From Oikopleura dioica (lineage: Eukaryota > Animalia > Chordata), in contig OU015566.1 of the NCBI GenBank assembly GCA_907165135.1, forward strand, positions 6,510,001 to 6,574,000: a DNA stretch of 64,000 bases. Direction: 5' to 3'. Positions 37,501 to 49,152 of the stretch are shown piece by piece; within the stretch, counting starts at the first letter, position 1; every line of letters starts with the position of its first letter. The position numbers were made by a program, and so were the translations under genes. The notes under the pieces were generated by a model. It was not told where the DNA came from, ran no database searches, and saw nothing but the letters and a program-made list of their open reading frames with translations.

Positions 37501-38413
37501 CCTAACTTATCGCTTTGTTCGAAATAAAACTGCTGCTGTCATATCAAAACGCCTACTTGAACTCACCTGCGAAGTCGGTGGACTTGGCCAGATGGAAGTC
37601 TTTAGCGACAATGGACTTGAATTCGTCGCCTCCAAGACTCAAGATCTTCTTGAATACCTTCAAATGCACGCCGGACAGATCTCACCAACAAACGCTAGAG
37701 CCAATAAAGTCGAGCGCTGCCACAAATCTATTCGCGATAATCTACGAGCCATCGCCCTTACGGAATCAAACGTTCAACACAAATTCGATCTCGCGGTTTC
37801 GACATATAACCATCAGGTGAAGTCAAGCCTAGACATGATGACTCCCATGGAAGTTTTTGGTATCAAACCTCCAAGATACTTTTCTGCTTATCTCCAACAC
37901 CGCCAAAACGAATCGAAATGCGATTCAATTCGAGAATTCACTCAAAATATCAATATTCTCTTCAAAAATCTAGCTTCATTCAAGCTCAACAGATATCTCT
38001 TCAAATCGGAAGACTCGACACCGCTACTTTCGGAAGGCGATATTGTTGTCTTGAAAGAAAACAGCCTCAGAAAACATGATCCTGGTCTTTCTGGACCATA
38101 TGTGATCACGAACACGCGTTCAAACAACTGCCACGATATCGAAAATCTCTTCACCAGCCAAAAGCTGATGCGAAATGGCCGTTTTCTGAGAAAGGTTCAT
38201 CTAAGCGAGGAAGATAAGAAAAATCTGACGTCAAAGAATTTGTTCATCAGAAAATCCGGACATATTCTCTTCGACGATAACGAAATAGATCTTGCGAAAA
38301 GTTCACTTGAGCAAGAACCCGAATTTCTTCTTCAACCCCAGGAAAGTAAAACTAAACCAAAACCCAAATCCGATTCCAAAGTAGAAAGCTCTTACAATCT
38401 GCGCAAAAGATGA
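34527..38413 (+). CDS. pol: Pol (PR-RT-RNase H-IN), -1 frameshift at ~36605
   Basis: FLVDTGAN; TIDLSNAF, PQGL, YQDDVII; ATDAS..RELIA..FTDHKS..VDSLSR; H-H-C-C zinc finger, FIDLV, FSDNGLEF, VERCHK; one missing A in AGCAAAAATTC joins the two ORFs. Confidence 0.92.
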
Positions 38414-40100
38414 TCATTTTCTTCATCTTTCAACTAGCTCTAGCCAAACGATTTTTATGATCGACTCCGGAAAGGCAGCATTCCTTATCAAGTCCAAAAT
38501 CGATAAAAACCTGCAACTGTCTTTGGACATCCCCGCCTTCAACTGGACCAATATCGATAATCCCTGCTTCAACAATCACTCAACTAAAGCTTATGCTCGC
38601 AACGGCACGCACCAGCTCTTCAATGAAATCGAAAATTGGATCAACGGGACATCGTCCGACACCTACACGTCGTTTCGGCTCACAGTGGAAGAAATGAAAT
38701 GTTATCAGTATTAGATAGAGAGGACATTCTTATCAAGGGACGAGAGAGACTCGTCCGGGAAACAACACGCGAATGTTTGCTCTGTCATTTGACATCAAAT
38801 CGATACAGATCCAGCGAAATGAAGATGGTGATGAAACCGAACCTTAGTGGACCGTACCGGAAAGTATTTATTGATCTCGTTACGTTCCAAATTGAAACGC
38901 AAAATCGCGAACACGCTGTCAATTGTCTCACGATGGTTGACGATTTCTCATGCCGCCTAACTTATCGCTTTGTTCGAAATAAAACTGCTGCTGTCATATC
39001 AAAACGCCTACTTGAACTCACCTGCGAAGTCGGTGGACTTGGCCAGATGGAAGTCTTTAGCGACAATGGACTTGAATTCGTCGCCTCCAAGACTCAAGAT
39101 CTTCTTGAATACCTTCAAATGCACGCCGGACAGATCTCACCAACAAACGCTAGAGCCAATAAAGTCGAGCGCTGCCACAAATCTATTCGCGATAATCTAC
39201 GAGCCATCGCCCTTACGGAATCAAACGTTCAACACAAATTCGATCTCGCGGTTTCGACATATAACCATCAGGTGAAGTCAAGCCTAGACATGATGACTCC
39301 CATGGAAGTTTTTGGTATCAAACCTCCAAGATACTTTTCTGCTTATCTCCAACACCGCCAAAACGAATCGAAATGCGATTCAATTCGAGAATTCACTCAA
39401 AATATCAATATTCTCTTCAAAAATCTAGCTTCATTCAAGCTCAACAGATATCTCTTCAAATCGGAAGACTCGACACCGCTACTTTCGGAAGGCGATATTG
39501 TTGTCTTGAAAGAAAACAGCCTCAGAAAACATGATCCTGGTCTTTCTGGACCATATGTGATCACGAACACGCGTTCAAACAACTGCCACGATATCGAAAA
39601 TCTCTTCACCAGCCAAAAGCTGATGCGAAATGGCCGTTTTCTGAGAAAGGTTCATCTAAGCGAGGAAGATAAGAAAAATCTGACGTCAAAGAATTTGTTC
39701 ATCAGAAAATCCGGACATATTCTCTTCGACGATAACGAAATAGATCTTGCGAAAAGTTCACTTGAGCAAGAACCCGAATTTCTTCTTCAACCCCAGGAAA
39801 GTAAAACTAAACCAAAACCCAAATCCGATTCCAAAGTAGAAAGCTCTTACAATCTGCGCAAAAGATGATCATTTTCTTCATCTTTCAACTAGCTCTAGCC
39901 AAACGATTTTTTATGATCGACTCCGGAAAGGCAGCATTCCTTATCAAGTCCAAAATCGATAAAAACCTGCAACTGTCTTTGGACATCCCCGCCTTCAACT
40001 GGACCAATATCGATAATCCCTGCTTCAACAATCACTCAACTAAAGCTTATGCTCGCAACGGCACGCACCAGCTCTTCAATGAAATCGAAAATTGGATCAA
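37190..40100 (+). repeat. Tandem duplication, 1455/1456-bp unit (integrase plus env 5' end)
   Basis: 37190-38644 repeated at 38645-40100; the only difference noticed is T5 vs T6 at 38452/39907; CG microhomology at the junction. Confidence 0.95.
38646..39868 (+). CDS. Second, stand-alone integrase copy created by the duplication (no ATG at the junction)
   Basis: Identical to the pol C-terminal ~407 aa including HHCC and DDE; the ORF track start at 38636 is TTG. Confidence 0.6.
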
Positions 40101-41571
40101 CGAAAATTTCAAAGAACAAGAATCCCATCGTCATCGCCGATTTATCGGTGACCCATTCCGTATCAACTTCTCATGGCCGTCACGCAAATCTCAAACTAAG
40201 GCCGCACTTGAAACTCTCAACAAGAAATCAACAACAAACGCGAAAGAAACTGTCGACCTGGTCAACATTGTCAACAAGGACTTGCTGGAGATTCAATCAG
40301 AAGTTATCAACGACGAAACGAACTTTGAAAATTTTGTTGCTCAACTTTGCGATTTTGACGCAAAAATCTCTGCCTTGGTTATGAAACTTATCAACTCACT
40401 TCTGTTCGATGAATTTAAATCAACAATCACTGGAATTTCCCACGTCGTCATCAAATCTGACTTGCAAAATCTTCTCTCAAGCCTTTGCTCGTTCGATTAC
40501 GATGAACTTTACACAAATTGCGCAAATATCATCAGTTCCTACCCGCTCCGCATAAAGAACATAAACTCTGAAATCTACGAAGACAAGATGATACTACAAA
40601 TCAACGCCACAGCTAAAATTCCGTCATTTGAAAAACTAGGAAATGCCACTCACATTCTGGAAGGACCGAAACCAATCAGCAATCAAGAAGACACCTTCAT
40701 CTACGAAAAACTCATCCTTCCGCACACAATTGCGATTTCAAGCTCAACTTCAACTTCACTCGATCTCTGCGAGGACATTCACGACGCTTATATCTGCTCG
40801 TATGGACAAGTCAACAATTTCAAACTCAACAAATGTGCTACTGATTTGGCAAACAACAATTCAACAAAGAACTGCGAAACAACTCTCATCAAAAGCGACA
40901 AGGATTGCCTATTCTCTCAGTTTCAACGTTACATCATGATAAGTCATTTTAATCAAATAGGTATTTCTTATTTTGACCGACGACACAAAAAACATTTCAC
41001 CAACTTTACACATTCTGATGGAAACTTCGTGTACCAGCTGACTAATAAACCAACGACACTTCACTGCACAAACGACATCTTCTACGCTCATTATGAAGAG
41101 ACGCTAAATCACGTTCAACTTCACACAACAAACACACTTGACCATTTTGACCTCATCAGTCAAGATGATTACCGCAATTCTCAAAATTTTCTCCAACACA
41201 AACGCGCAAATATCTCGACAGCGGAATACAATGACATCGCGAACAAACTCACGGAGAATGAAACCTTTGGAAACAAAATTATCTCACACTACAAAACAAA
41301 CTGGATATCGACTTTAATGACGACCCTTCACACAATTGCTTCGATCATCATACTCCTGATAATTTTCAGAATCACAATCGCCTTTGCTCCACTACTTCGA
41401 CAATTTTTAAATTTCATCTCATCAACAATAGCCTACGGATTGTCACGCCTTCTTCCCAAACTTCTCTTTCTTCGCAAAGCTCAAACCGACGATAAAATCA
41501 ACATGGACGATGCTTCAAGCCCGCCAACTCCTGAGAACCTCAAGGATCTCCCATTCTCGACTAACGCTTGA
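39865..41571 (+). CDS. env: Envelope-like glycoprotein (class I fusion type)
   Basis: Signal peptide MIIFFIFQLALA, furin site RHRR|FIG, heptad region, Cys-rich ectodomain, N-glycosylation sequons, C-terminal TM (IASIIILLIIFRITIAF). Confidence 0.9.
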   Translation: MIIFFIFQLALAKRFFMIDSGKAAFLIKSKIDKNLQLSLDIPAFNWTNIDNPCFNNHSTKAYARNGTHQLFNEIENWINENFKEQESHRHRRFIGDPFRINFSWPSRKSQTKAALETLNKKSTTNAKETVDLVNIVNKDLLEIQSEVINDETNFENFVAQLCDFDAKISALVMKLINSLLFDEFKSTITGISHVVIKSDLQNLLSSLCSFDYDELYTNCANIISSYPLRIKNINSEIYEDKMILQINATAKIPSFEKLGNATHILEGPKPISNQEDTFIYEKLILPHTIAISSSTSTSLDLCEDIHDAYICSYGQVNNFKLNKCATDLANNNSTKNCETTLIKSDKDCLFSQFQRYIMISHFNQIGISYFDRRHKKHFTNFTHSDGNFVYQLTNKPTTLHCTNDIFYAHYEETLNHVQLHTTNTLDHFDLISQDDYRNSQNFLQHKRANISTAEYNDIANKLTENETFGNKIISHYKTNWISTLMTTLHTIASIIILLIIFRITIAFAPLLRQFLNFISSTIAYGLSRLLPKLLFLRKAQTDDKINMDDASSPPTPENLKDLPFSTNA

Positions 41572-42451
41572 GTCGACTTTGCTCTCATCAACAATTCAAA
41601 ATCCAAAAACAAAACAAAAAAAATTCTCAAAATTCCACAAAAAATTCAAAAGAAAAATATTCAAAAGAAAGAAAAGACAAAAAAATACTCAAAAGAAATG
41701 AAAATCAAAAAAATATTTACTAACTCCCTTTCTGTACCATAATGAACAATTCGCACTTTCTTTACTGTTCACTTCCAAACAAACTCTTTACTGCACTAAC
41801 ACGAGTTCACGATTCATTTATTCCATCAAACCCGATAAACACTGAAACAGTTAGGACAAGTCTCAAGCTCCGCTGGGAAGGTGGAGAAGCATTCGTTGCA
41901 CAAAGCCACAGCGAGACTCGACACGTTCAACCGGACTTGCTGTGCCGACTCCTGGACTCGATCTGATTCACATACAAACCGACCGTCTATTTACAAGATA
42001 AGATAATTTCGACACACTTATTACCTGATCGTAGTCTCACCCGTATTGTCTCATGTGAACCTCTCTCTCGCATCCTCCTCATGATATCTCCCAACTTATC
42101 GAGCAAGATTCTCAAATTCTCGAACATTCTCTGAACTAAAAGCAAAAGTTAGACGTTATTTGTAAGCACTTGGGCCGATAACTCACTTATGCTACATTAA
42201 ATAATAACATAATGAATATGAAAATTTTTAAAATGAAAATACTTCATCTATGCAAAATTTAGAATCCCTCCGAATTTCTTATATCCTATAAAATGTATAA
42301 ACAAAATTTCGATGATTACCTAGACAAGCCCCGTCAGTAGGACTTGATTATGATTAAAAATGATTTTATTTGAAATAAAAATTCAAAAATTAAAAATGAC
42401 TCTTGATTTAAAAAATCAACGATAGGTATCAGAAATCAGGATATATATAAT

Positions 42452-43666
42452 TTATTTACAGGTGCGTAGAGAACATTCACTAGAAATCAGAGTTCGAGCA
42501 TTTGCATCATGCTCATCAAATAAGCGCGTACCAAAGTCAGTTAGGGCCTCATGTCGCATCTCAGTAAATTTCAGATTAGTAAGTTCAGTGAAGCCAGCGG
42601 GAAGGGATTCGTTATTAGTATACATATTCACATAATATTCGAATGTAAAATAATCTATGAGCTTGCAGCATTTAGGAAAACCCATATACCCTTCCATTAG
42701 ATAATCATCGACAAATTGACCTCTAGTCTTACAGCTAAGGTCGAGGCCGGAGTCTTTGAGAATCCTAAGAACCTCCCCACGGTCAAGCAAGAGAAGTGGT
42801 AACTGATACTGAAAATGTTTGATTTTTTCGTAAAAGATAGGGTCATCAAAAAGTACATTCGCATAGGACCTAATAAAAAGTTTTAATTCGCCCTCCGTAT
42901 TTCGAAAAAGTTCTATCAGAACAGGTCTCCCAGACATAACATATTCGCCTTCGTTTGTTAATAAAACTCTCGGAATTTTGCCGGGCGCCACCGCTTTAGA
43001 GAAATTTTCATGAATAATTCAATTCAAATTTATAGTATAAAACGTTCAAAATTTTCAGAAAAATAAAGCTTAATAATACATTCTTATTTATTTAGATATA
43101 AATTATACTACTGTTTCAATATTAATTCCTTCCTAAAACTTCATATTCTTGTCGGTCGGGATCCGCTCGTTCTTGATATCGATTTTCGAGGGACTTGCCT
43201 TGAGCAGTTCGAACCAGCTACAATTAAAAATAGAATCTATAGTTTTAGTATGATCAGAAACTCTAGACAATATGTGTCTTGTGCGTTCGCACCAAGAGCT
43301 CTTCTCATGATCATCCGTCCGGCAGGCAGGATGCTTGGCAATCAGGCCGTTTTTAGTATTTAATTATGTTAGTTTTTTTTGTTAATACCGTTCTTTGTTT
43401 AAATTCCTCGATTTCCATTCGTCTTTAAAAATAATTATTTATTCATTTTACAGGCATTTTTACATAGGGACGATGTCGTGACTTTCTCCCAAGGGCCCCG
43501 CTTCACTCGCGACGAGAGTTGATACAGTGCTAGAATTAAATTTAGAAAATAGGCTTCAATCATTAACAAAATTGAATTTAGAAATAACTGACCATATATT
43601 TATAAATAAGATAATAATTTTTTACCTTTCCGCATAGTTTATTTTGATCCTCTTACGAAGATTCAT
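42452..43666 (-). CDS. Putative spliced antisense accessory gene inside the retroelement, unknown product (~280 aa)
   Basis: Coding exons 43666-43626, 43529-43464, 43422-43389, 43333-43262, 43217-~43133, 42993-42452; four phase-compatible GT-AG introns of 96, 41, 55 and 44 nt; last junction uncertain; polyA signal at ~42365. Confidence 0.6.
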
Positions 43667-44231
43667 TTTGTTATCCCTCTAAAATAAATTCTCTTTAAGT
43701 AAATACATTAATCTCTAATAAATTATAATTACAGAATAAAAAATTTATTCCAAAACAGTTTAAAAACGCTCTCTCTCTTTCTCTCTCTCTCTCTCTCTTT
43801 CCGCGCGTATTCCTTATCAGCCGGCGCGGCGTTCTGCAGACCCCCAACTCTCCTTTTCCCACGACCCCCCAGATCTCTCCTTTTCACGCGCGCGCGGCGC
43901 CTTATCAGTTCCACCTCCAAAACTCTCCTTTCGGCGCGCGCATTCGTCTCCGCCGTCCTTTTCTCCTTTTTCGCTCCTTATCAGTATATTTTCCATTTTC
44001 AATCTTTCATCTTTCCATTTCTCCTTTTTTCCAATTTTCCGATCGTTCAAATTTTAAAGTACTGAAATTTCGACACGAAACACTAGTAGCACCTAAGTAC
44101 ACTGTTCCAAAATTTATTATTCCTTGAAAATCTTTATTCTTATTATTATATACAGAAGAAAGAAGAAACTGTTCATTTATTTTATTTTACTCTCACTCTT
44201 CCTTGATTTCAACTGCAAATAAAATTTTCTG

Positions 44232-44242
44232 AACAAGGGGGG
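44232..44242 (+). promoter_or_regulatory. Polypurine tract
   Basis: AACAAGGGGGG followed by AG and the 3' LTR. Confidence 0.8.
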
Positions 44243-44244
44243 AG

Positions 44245-44371
44245 TACTATGGTAGGCGCTCCAGAGCACGAGAGCGCGTCCTCAAAAAGGGACGTCTCTC
44301 GGGCCCAGAGCGCAGTCAGCCCGCACTCTCCCCGACAGTCAGACAGCCCACTAGATTCCGAGCCAGTTGTA
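44245..44371 (+). repeat. 3' LTR (127 bp)
   Basis: Identical to the 5' LTR. Confidence 0.92.
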
Positions 44372-45454
44372 TAGACTGTCCGGGATAGTTCTAGTGTCAA
44401 CCCTTAAATCCAGAAGTTCTATTAAATTTTCGTTGTTTTAAAAATGGATATACGACAACATGCACTTCAACATCACAAACAGGTAAATTTAGAGATTCAT
44501 TTTCATACGATTATGATTTTTGTAAAGAAAATTATTCTTGAATCTTTATGGCTTTTGGGGGATCTATGGTTAACTTTTCCCATCAAAAACAAAACTTATT
44601 TGTAAATAGGTCGGAAAAAATCCTCGATTTGAACTTTGTTCTCAAAACATCGTTTTTCTTCCTTTCAAGTTCGAGTTGATCTCCGTCCTCCTCTCGTGGC
44701 TTAGCGATGGTTTTAGCGAAATTGCAGAGGAAGGATTGTTCTTGCCGTATGCACGTTTTGAGAGTTTACTGGGCTTACTGCGTACTCTTGAATAAATCCC
44801 CTGGCTTGATTTCCTGTGCCATGTCTTCTTCTACTTGACCTGAACGTGATTCTCTCACATCGAGGATAAATTGAAGCTCGGATACTTTCGATTATTTTTT
44901 TTTTCTGATATGTACGAATATCTACTAAATCTGATTCAAGGACTATTTCTAGGCTTACCGCGGCTGAAACCTTTTTTCCAGGTTCTTTTGCAGAGACTTA
45001 CCAAACTTACAGTATATATGCACAATGACACGCCTTTCAAAACTGCACTAGCCGATTTTTCGAAACGGCTCATTTTTGTGCCTTTTTTGGGCGATTTTTG
45101 ATGAGAAAAAATGCATATAGATGAGTCATTCCAACATTTAAGGGTGTTCCCACATACCAATTCTTATCATATTTGGATATGTTGTAGAGGAGGGCTTGCT
45201 GATTCTTTTGACCGCTGGACGAATTCTGCAGACCTCGATTTCGGTACTTTCTAGAGCTTCAAAGTCGACAAAGTCTGCCAGATATGAAATTTCAAAATTT
45301 TCAACTTTTGATCTACGCATGCTACAATGACGATTTATAGCTCATCTTGGAGCTCATGATCCACTGAATTTTGTGAGGCGTTTTTTTCTGAACCAGCTGG
45401 TCATTCTGGCGGTTCGTCGCGGTTCAAGGATTTAGAAGGGCCGAGATCCCGCAA

Positions 45455-46285
45455 TATGTATATCAAAATGCATATTTTTTGACAATGAGTCGTTCCAACA
45501 GATTTTCGAAACAAACCACTTGCCTAACCGCCCGGTTCACAGCGGTTCAACGTGGTTCAAAGTGGTTCAAGGTCTGAATGTTCACCAAATATTGAAATAT
45601 GAATATAAAAATGCTTGTCTAGTCAAAAGGAGTCTTTTGAACAGATTTTTAAACTGAACCACATAGCGAACCGCCCGGTTCGCAGCGGTTCAAAGTGGTT
45701 CAAAGTGGTTCAAGGTCTGAATGTTATATATGATATGTATATCAAAATGCTTGTCTAGTCAAAAGGAGTCTTTTGAACAGATTTTCGAACCGAACCACTT
45801 GGCTAACCACCCGGTTCACAGCGGTTCAAAGCGGTTCAAGAACTGAATGTTCACAAAATAATGACATATGTATATCAAAACGCTTGTCTAATGATAAGGA
45901 GTCTTTTGAACAGATTTTCGAACCGAACCACTTGGCTAAACGCCCGGTTCACAGCGGTTCAAAGCGGTTCAAGCTCTGAATATCCACAAAATATTCGAAT
46001 ATATATATCAAAATGCTTGTCTAGTCAAAAGAAATATGCTGAAATATGTACATCAAAATGCTTCTCTACTCGTAAGAAATCATTTAAACAGGTTTTCGAA
46101 CCAAAACGCTTGGTTGACCGCCCGGTTCACAGCGGTTCAGGGCGGTTCAAGCTCAAAATACTCACAAATTGCTGAATAAAATATATCAAAATGCTTCTCT
46201 ACTCATAAGAAATCATTTGAACAGGCTTTCGAACCAAACCGCTTGATTGACCGCCTTGTTCACAGCGGTAAAGGGCGGCTCTGAA
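45455..46285. repeat. Degenerate tandem repeat, ~135-bp period, 6-7 copies
   Basis: Recurrent TATCAAAATGCTT..TTTGAACAGATTTTCGAACC..CCGGTTCACAGCGGTTCAA. Confidence 0.8.
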
Positions 46286-46311
46286 TACTATTCATACCTA
46301 TACTATGAATA

Positions 46312-47213
46312 CCGAAGGGGAGGCCAGGCCCGTTTGTACAATTCAGTCTGAGACGGGGCCAAGCCGACCCGAAGGGGAGGCCAAGCCCGTTTGTACAAAT
46401 CATTCTGAGACGGGGCCAAGCCGACCCGAAGGGGAGGCCAGGCCCGTTTGAACAATTTAGTCCTAGAAGGGGCCAATCCGACCCGAAGGGGAGGCCAGGC
46501 CCGTTTGTACAATTCATTCTGAGACGGGGCCAAGCCGACCCGAAGGAAAGGCCAGGCCCATTGTACAATTTAGTCTGAGACGGGGCCAAGCCGACCCGAA
46601 GGGGAGGCCAGGCCCGTTTATACAATTTAGTCTGAGACGGGGCCAAGCCGACCCGAAGTAGAGGCCAGGCCCGTTTATACAATTAAGTCTTAGACGGGGC
46701 CAAGCCGACCCGAAGGGGAGGCCAGGGCCGTTGGTACAATTATGTCTGAGACGAGGCCAAGCCGACCCGAAGGGGAGGCCAGGCCCGTTTGTACAATTCA
46801 GTCTGAGACGGGGCCAAGCCGACCCGAAGGGGAGGCCAGGCCCAATTGTACAATTTAGTCTGAGACGGGGCCAAGCCGACCCGAAGGGGAGGCCAGGCCC
46901 GTTTGTACAATTCACTCTGAGACGGGGCCAAGCCGACCCGAAGGAAAGGCCAGGCCCGTTTGTACAATTCAGTCTGAGACGGGGCCAAGCCGACCCGAAG
47001 GGGAGGCCAGGCCCGTTTGTACAATTTAGTCTTAGACGGGGCCAAGCCGACCCGAAGGGGAGGCCAGGCCCGTTGGTACAATTATGTCTGAGACGGGGCC
47101 AAGCCGACCCGAAGGGGAGGCCAGGCCCGTTTGTACAATTTAGTCTTAGACGGGGCCAAGCCGACCCGAAGGGGAGGCCAGGCCCGTTGGTACAATTATG
47201 TCTGAGACGGGGG
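46312..47213. repeat. 57-bp GC-rich minisatellite, ~16 copies
   Basis: Unit CCGAAGGGGAGGCCAGGCCCGTTTGTACAATTCAGTCTGAGACGGGGCCAAGCCGAC. Confidence 0.95.
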
Positions 47214-49152
47214 GAATAGTCTATTTCATTCACGATTATTTCTTTTTAAAAAATAAAAATGGAAGATACTTAAGAAAGTGTTATGGTATTCTTTATGATA
47301 TTCGGTGTGAAGGACCTTCTATCTGAGATAGTATGATTTTAGTGAGGTCACAAACAGCCTGTTTTCTGAGAAAAAGATAGCGGTTCTTGAATTGTCCATG
47401 AAGATCTGTCTTCCACGGTGACTTCCTTCCCGATTCCAGATCACCTTTGCAAGATCACCTGCGCCCCCGAAGAGCTGGGCGCCCGAGAGTCCAAGCGCGA
47501 TCTCCCGCCGAGCGCGCTCGCCCGCTGCTATCATCATCAAGGGCTCCTCCTATTTGCCCTATCACTTTTCTCTGAAGAACACAGACAGATTTATTGTCCG
47601 GCATTGTCCGACATTCAAATAAAAGACCTTACTGTATATTTATATTTTTTGAAGAAAATCGAGAGAAACGACGTAAAAGAACCTAAAATCAAAAAATTTG
47701 ATTTAAGAAGAATTAAAGAAAGAAGTTTATAAAGGTAACCAAGAGAGAAAAATGCTCAAGAATCGAGGAAACGTCGCTAGAAACGCTGAAAAGTTATAAT
47801 ATCGTTGATGTTTCCGGCAAAAACAGAGCAACGAGAGGCTAAAATTTGATTACAGTTCAAATCTTTTAGAAGAAAATTAATGTTGTTGGCAAGCCAGATT
47901 TAGAATTTCCAAGCTTTTCCTTGTTTTTGCCGGATAAGCTAAATCAAGTTAATGAATCCACGGAGCGGTGTTGCTGAGCCCCGTCGGACCGGGAATTGTT
48001 TGACAAGTCAATGTCAGAATTATGGGGAGCGCGATTTTGATTCATTAGAGAGAGGCTTAAAATTTACTCGATTTTTGAGGATTTGAGGGAAATAAACTTA
48101 GCTGAACCCCATATTCATAACAGAGTGAACACCCTTATTTTTTTAAATCAAGAGAAAGAGAAGGCCTTTTTCTTTGGAAATTTCTTTTTTTTTTTAATTA
48201 TTGAAATAATTTTAATAAGATTTCAAATTTGAAAAACCAACTCGCTCAACTTGAAATAAAGGTGCTCATAAACCTGACCTCAACCCTAAGCCGCAGTTGA
48301 GTGCGATTGCGCCATATGTTACCAGCTTCTTCGTTTCTTTTCTTTTCTTTTTCTGGGGCAGATAGTAACCGGAGCGACCTGCAGCCTGATTCGCTTTCTA
48401 ATACTCGGATCATCCGCCTCAGCCCTCATCCGCAGCGGACAGCATTGCGAGACATAAAACTTGAAACAATACGCCCTCTTAGAAGCTTGAGCTTTTTTTG
48501 AGTCTATTGCTGACCAATTAAGGAAAAGAGTACCTTCTTTCTTTGACCTTAAAATTGGTTCATAAATCGATTTTGGATTGATTGGGTAAGGGCTAGGATA
48601 AGGGTTAGGGTTTTCCACTCAGTTATCAAGAAACACGATGGTCGGCTTAAGAATTATCGTTTCTCGACTCTGTTAGATAAGAACGAACATCATAAAAAGG
48701 TTCATTTTGCCAAGTGACGAGCAGAATTATTGCATAATCTCGTTCTCTTCAGATGCGGCGCCACTCCTAGTCAATTTTTTCCGACTTGAGATAAGCCACA
48801 TGTAGTTGAAGAATATTTTTATTGCAAAAAGGGTTGAACGGGATCGATTTTTTTTTCTAAAATGAATCTTATTCTTTAGAAATATTTTTCAATTTTTTCA
48901 ATTTTTTAGGATTTTTTTGGTCCAAATTGTTCAGTTTTGTCTGCCCCGCCTAGGTCGATGGCATCTGCACTAATTCTAGAGCTTGGAATTGATAAGATTC
49001 CAGTACTAACGTTTATATTTAGAAAGCTTGTGTAAAAAATTCCGCTGTCGCTCGCCGGAATGCTGTATTAAACTGAGCGATCAATAAAGCTTGTAAAGCT
49101 ACTTTGCTCGGACAGGCAAGAAGACTAAGACAGCCGGAGAGCTCTAAAAGAG

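Larger units (their letters stand above)
32301..44371 (+). mobile_element. Complete env-bearing Tor-like LTR retroelement (~12.1 kb including a 1.45-kb internal duplication)
   Basis: Identical 127-bp LTRs, PBS-like TGGTGAC, gag, pol, env, PPT. Confidence 0.95.

Noticed and set aside
38457-38714. 85-aa ORF after the first pol copy
   Set aside because: It is the truncated, frameshifted env start plus out-of-frame integrase sequence from the duplication junction.
32301-44371. Element 2 as the RT helper for RT-dead element 1
   Set aside because: LTR length, termini, PPT and protein sequences are very different, so there is no evidence of shared cis signals; proximity alone is not support.
46260-47233. 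ORFs of 19-aa repeats (NCTNGPGLPFGSAWPRLRL etc.) and a possible CRISPR-like array
   Set aside because: The ORFs are open on both strands simply because 57 is a multiple of 3. The variable segments are near-identical rather than unique spacers, there are no cas genes, and the context is eukaryotic.
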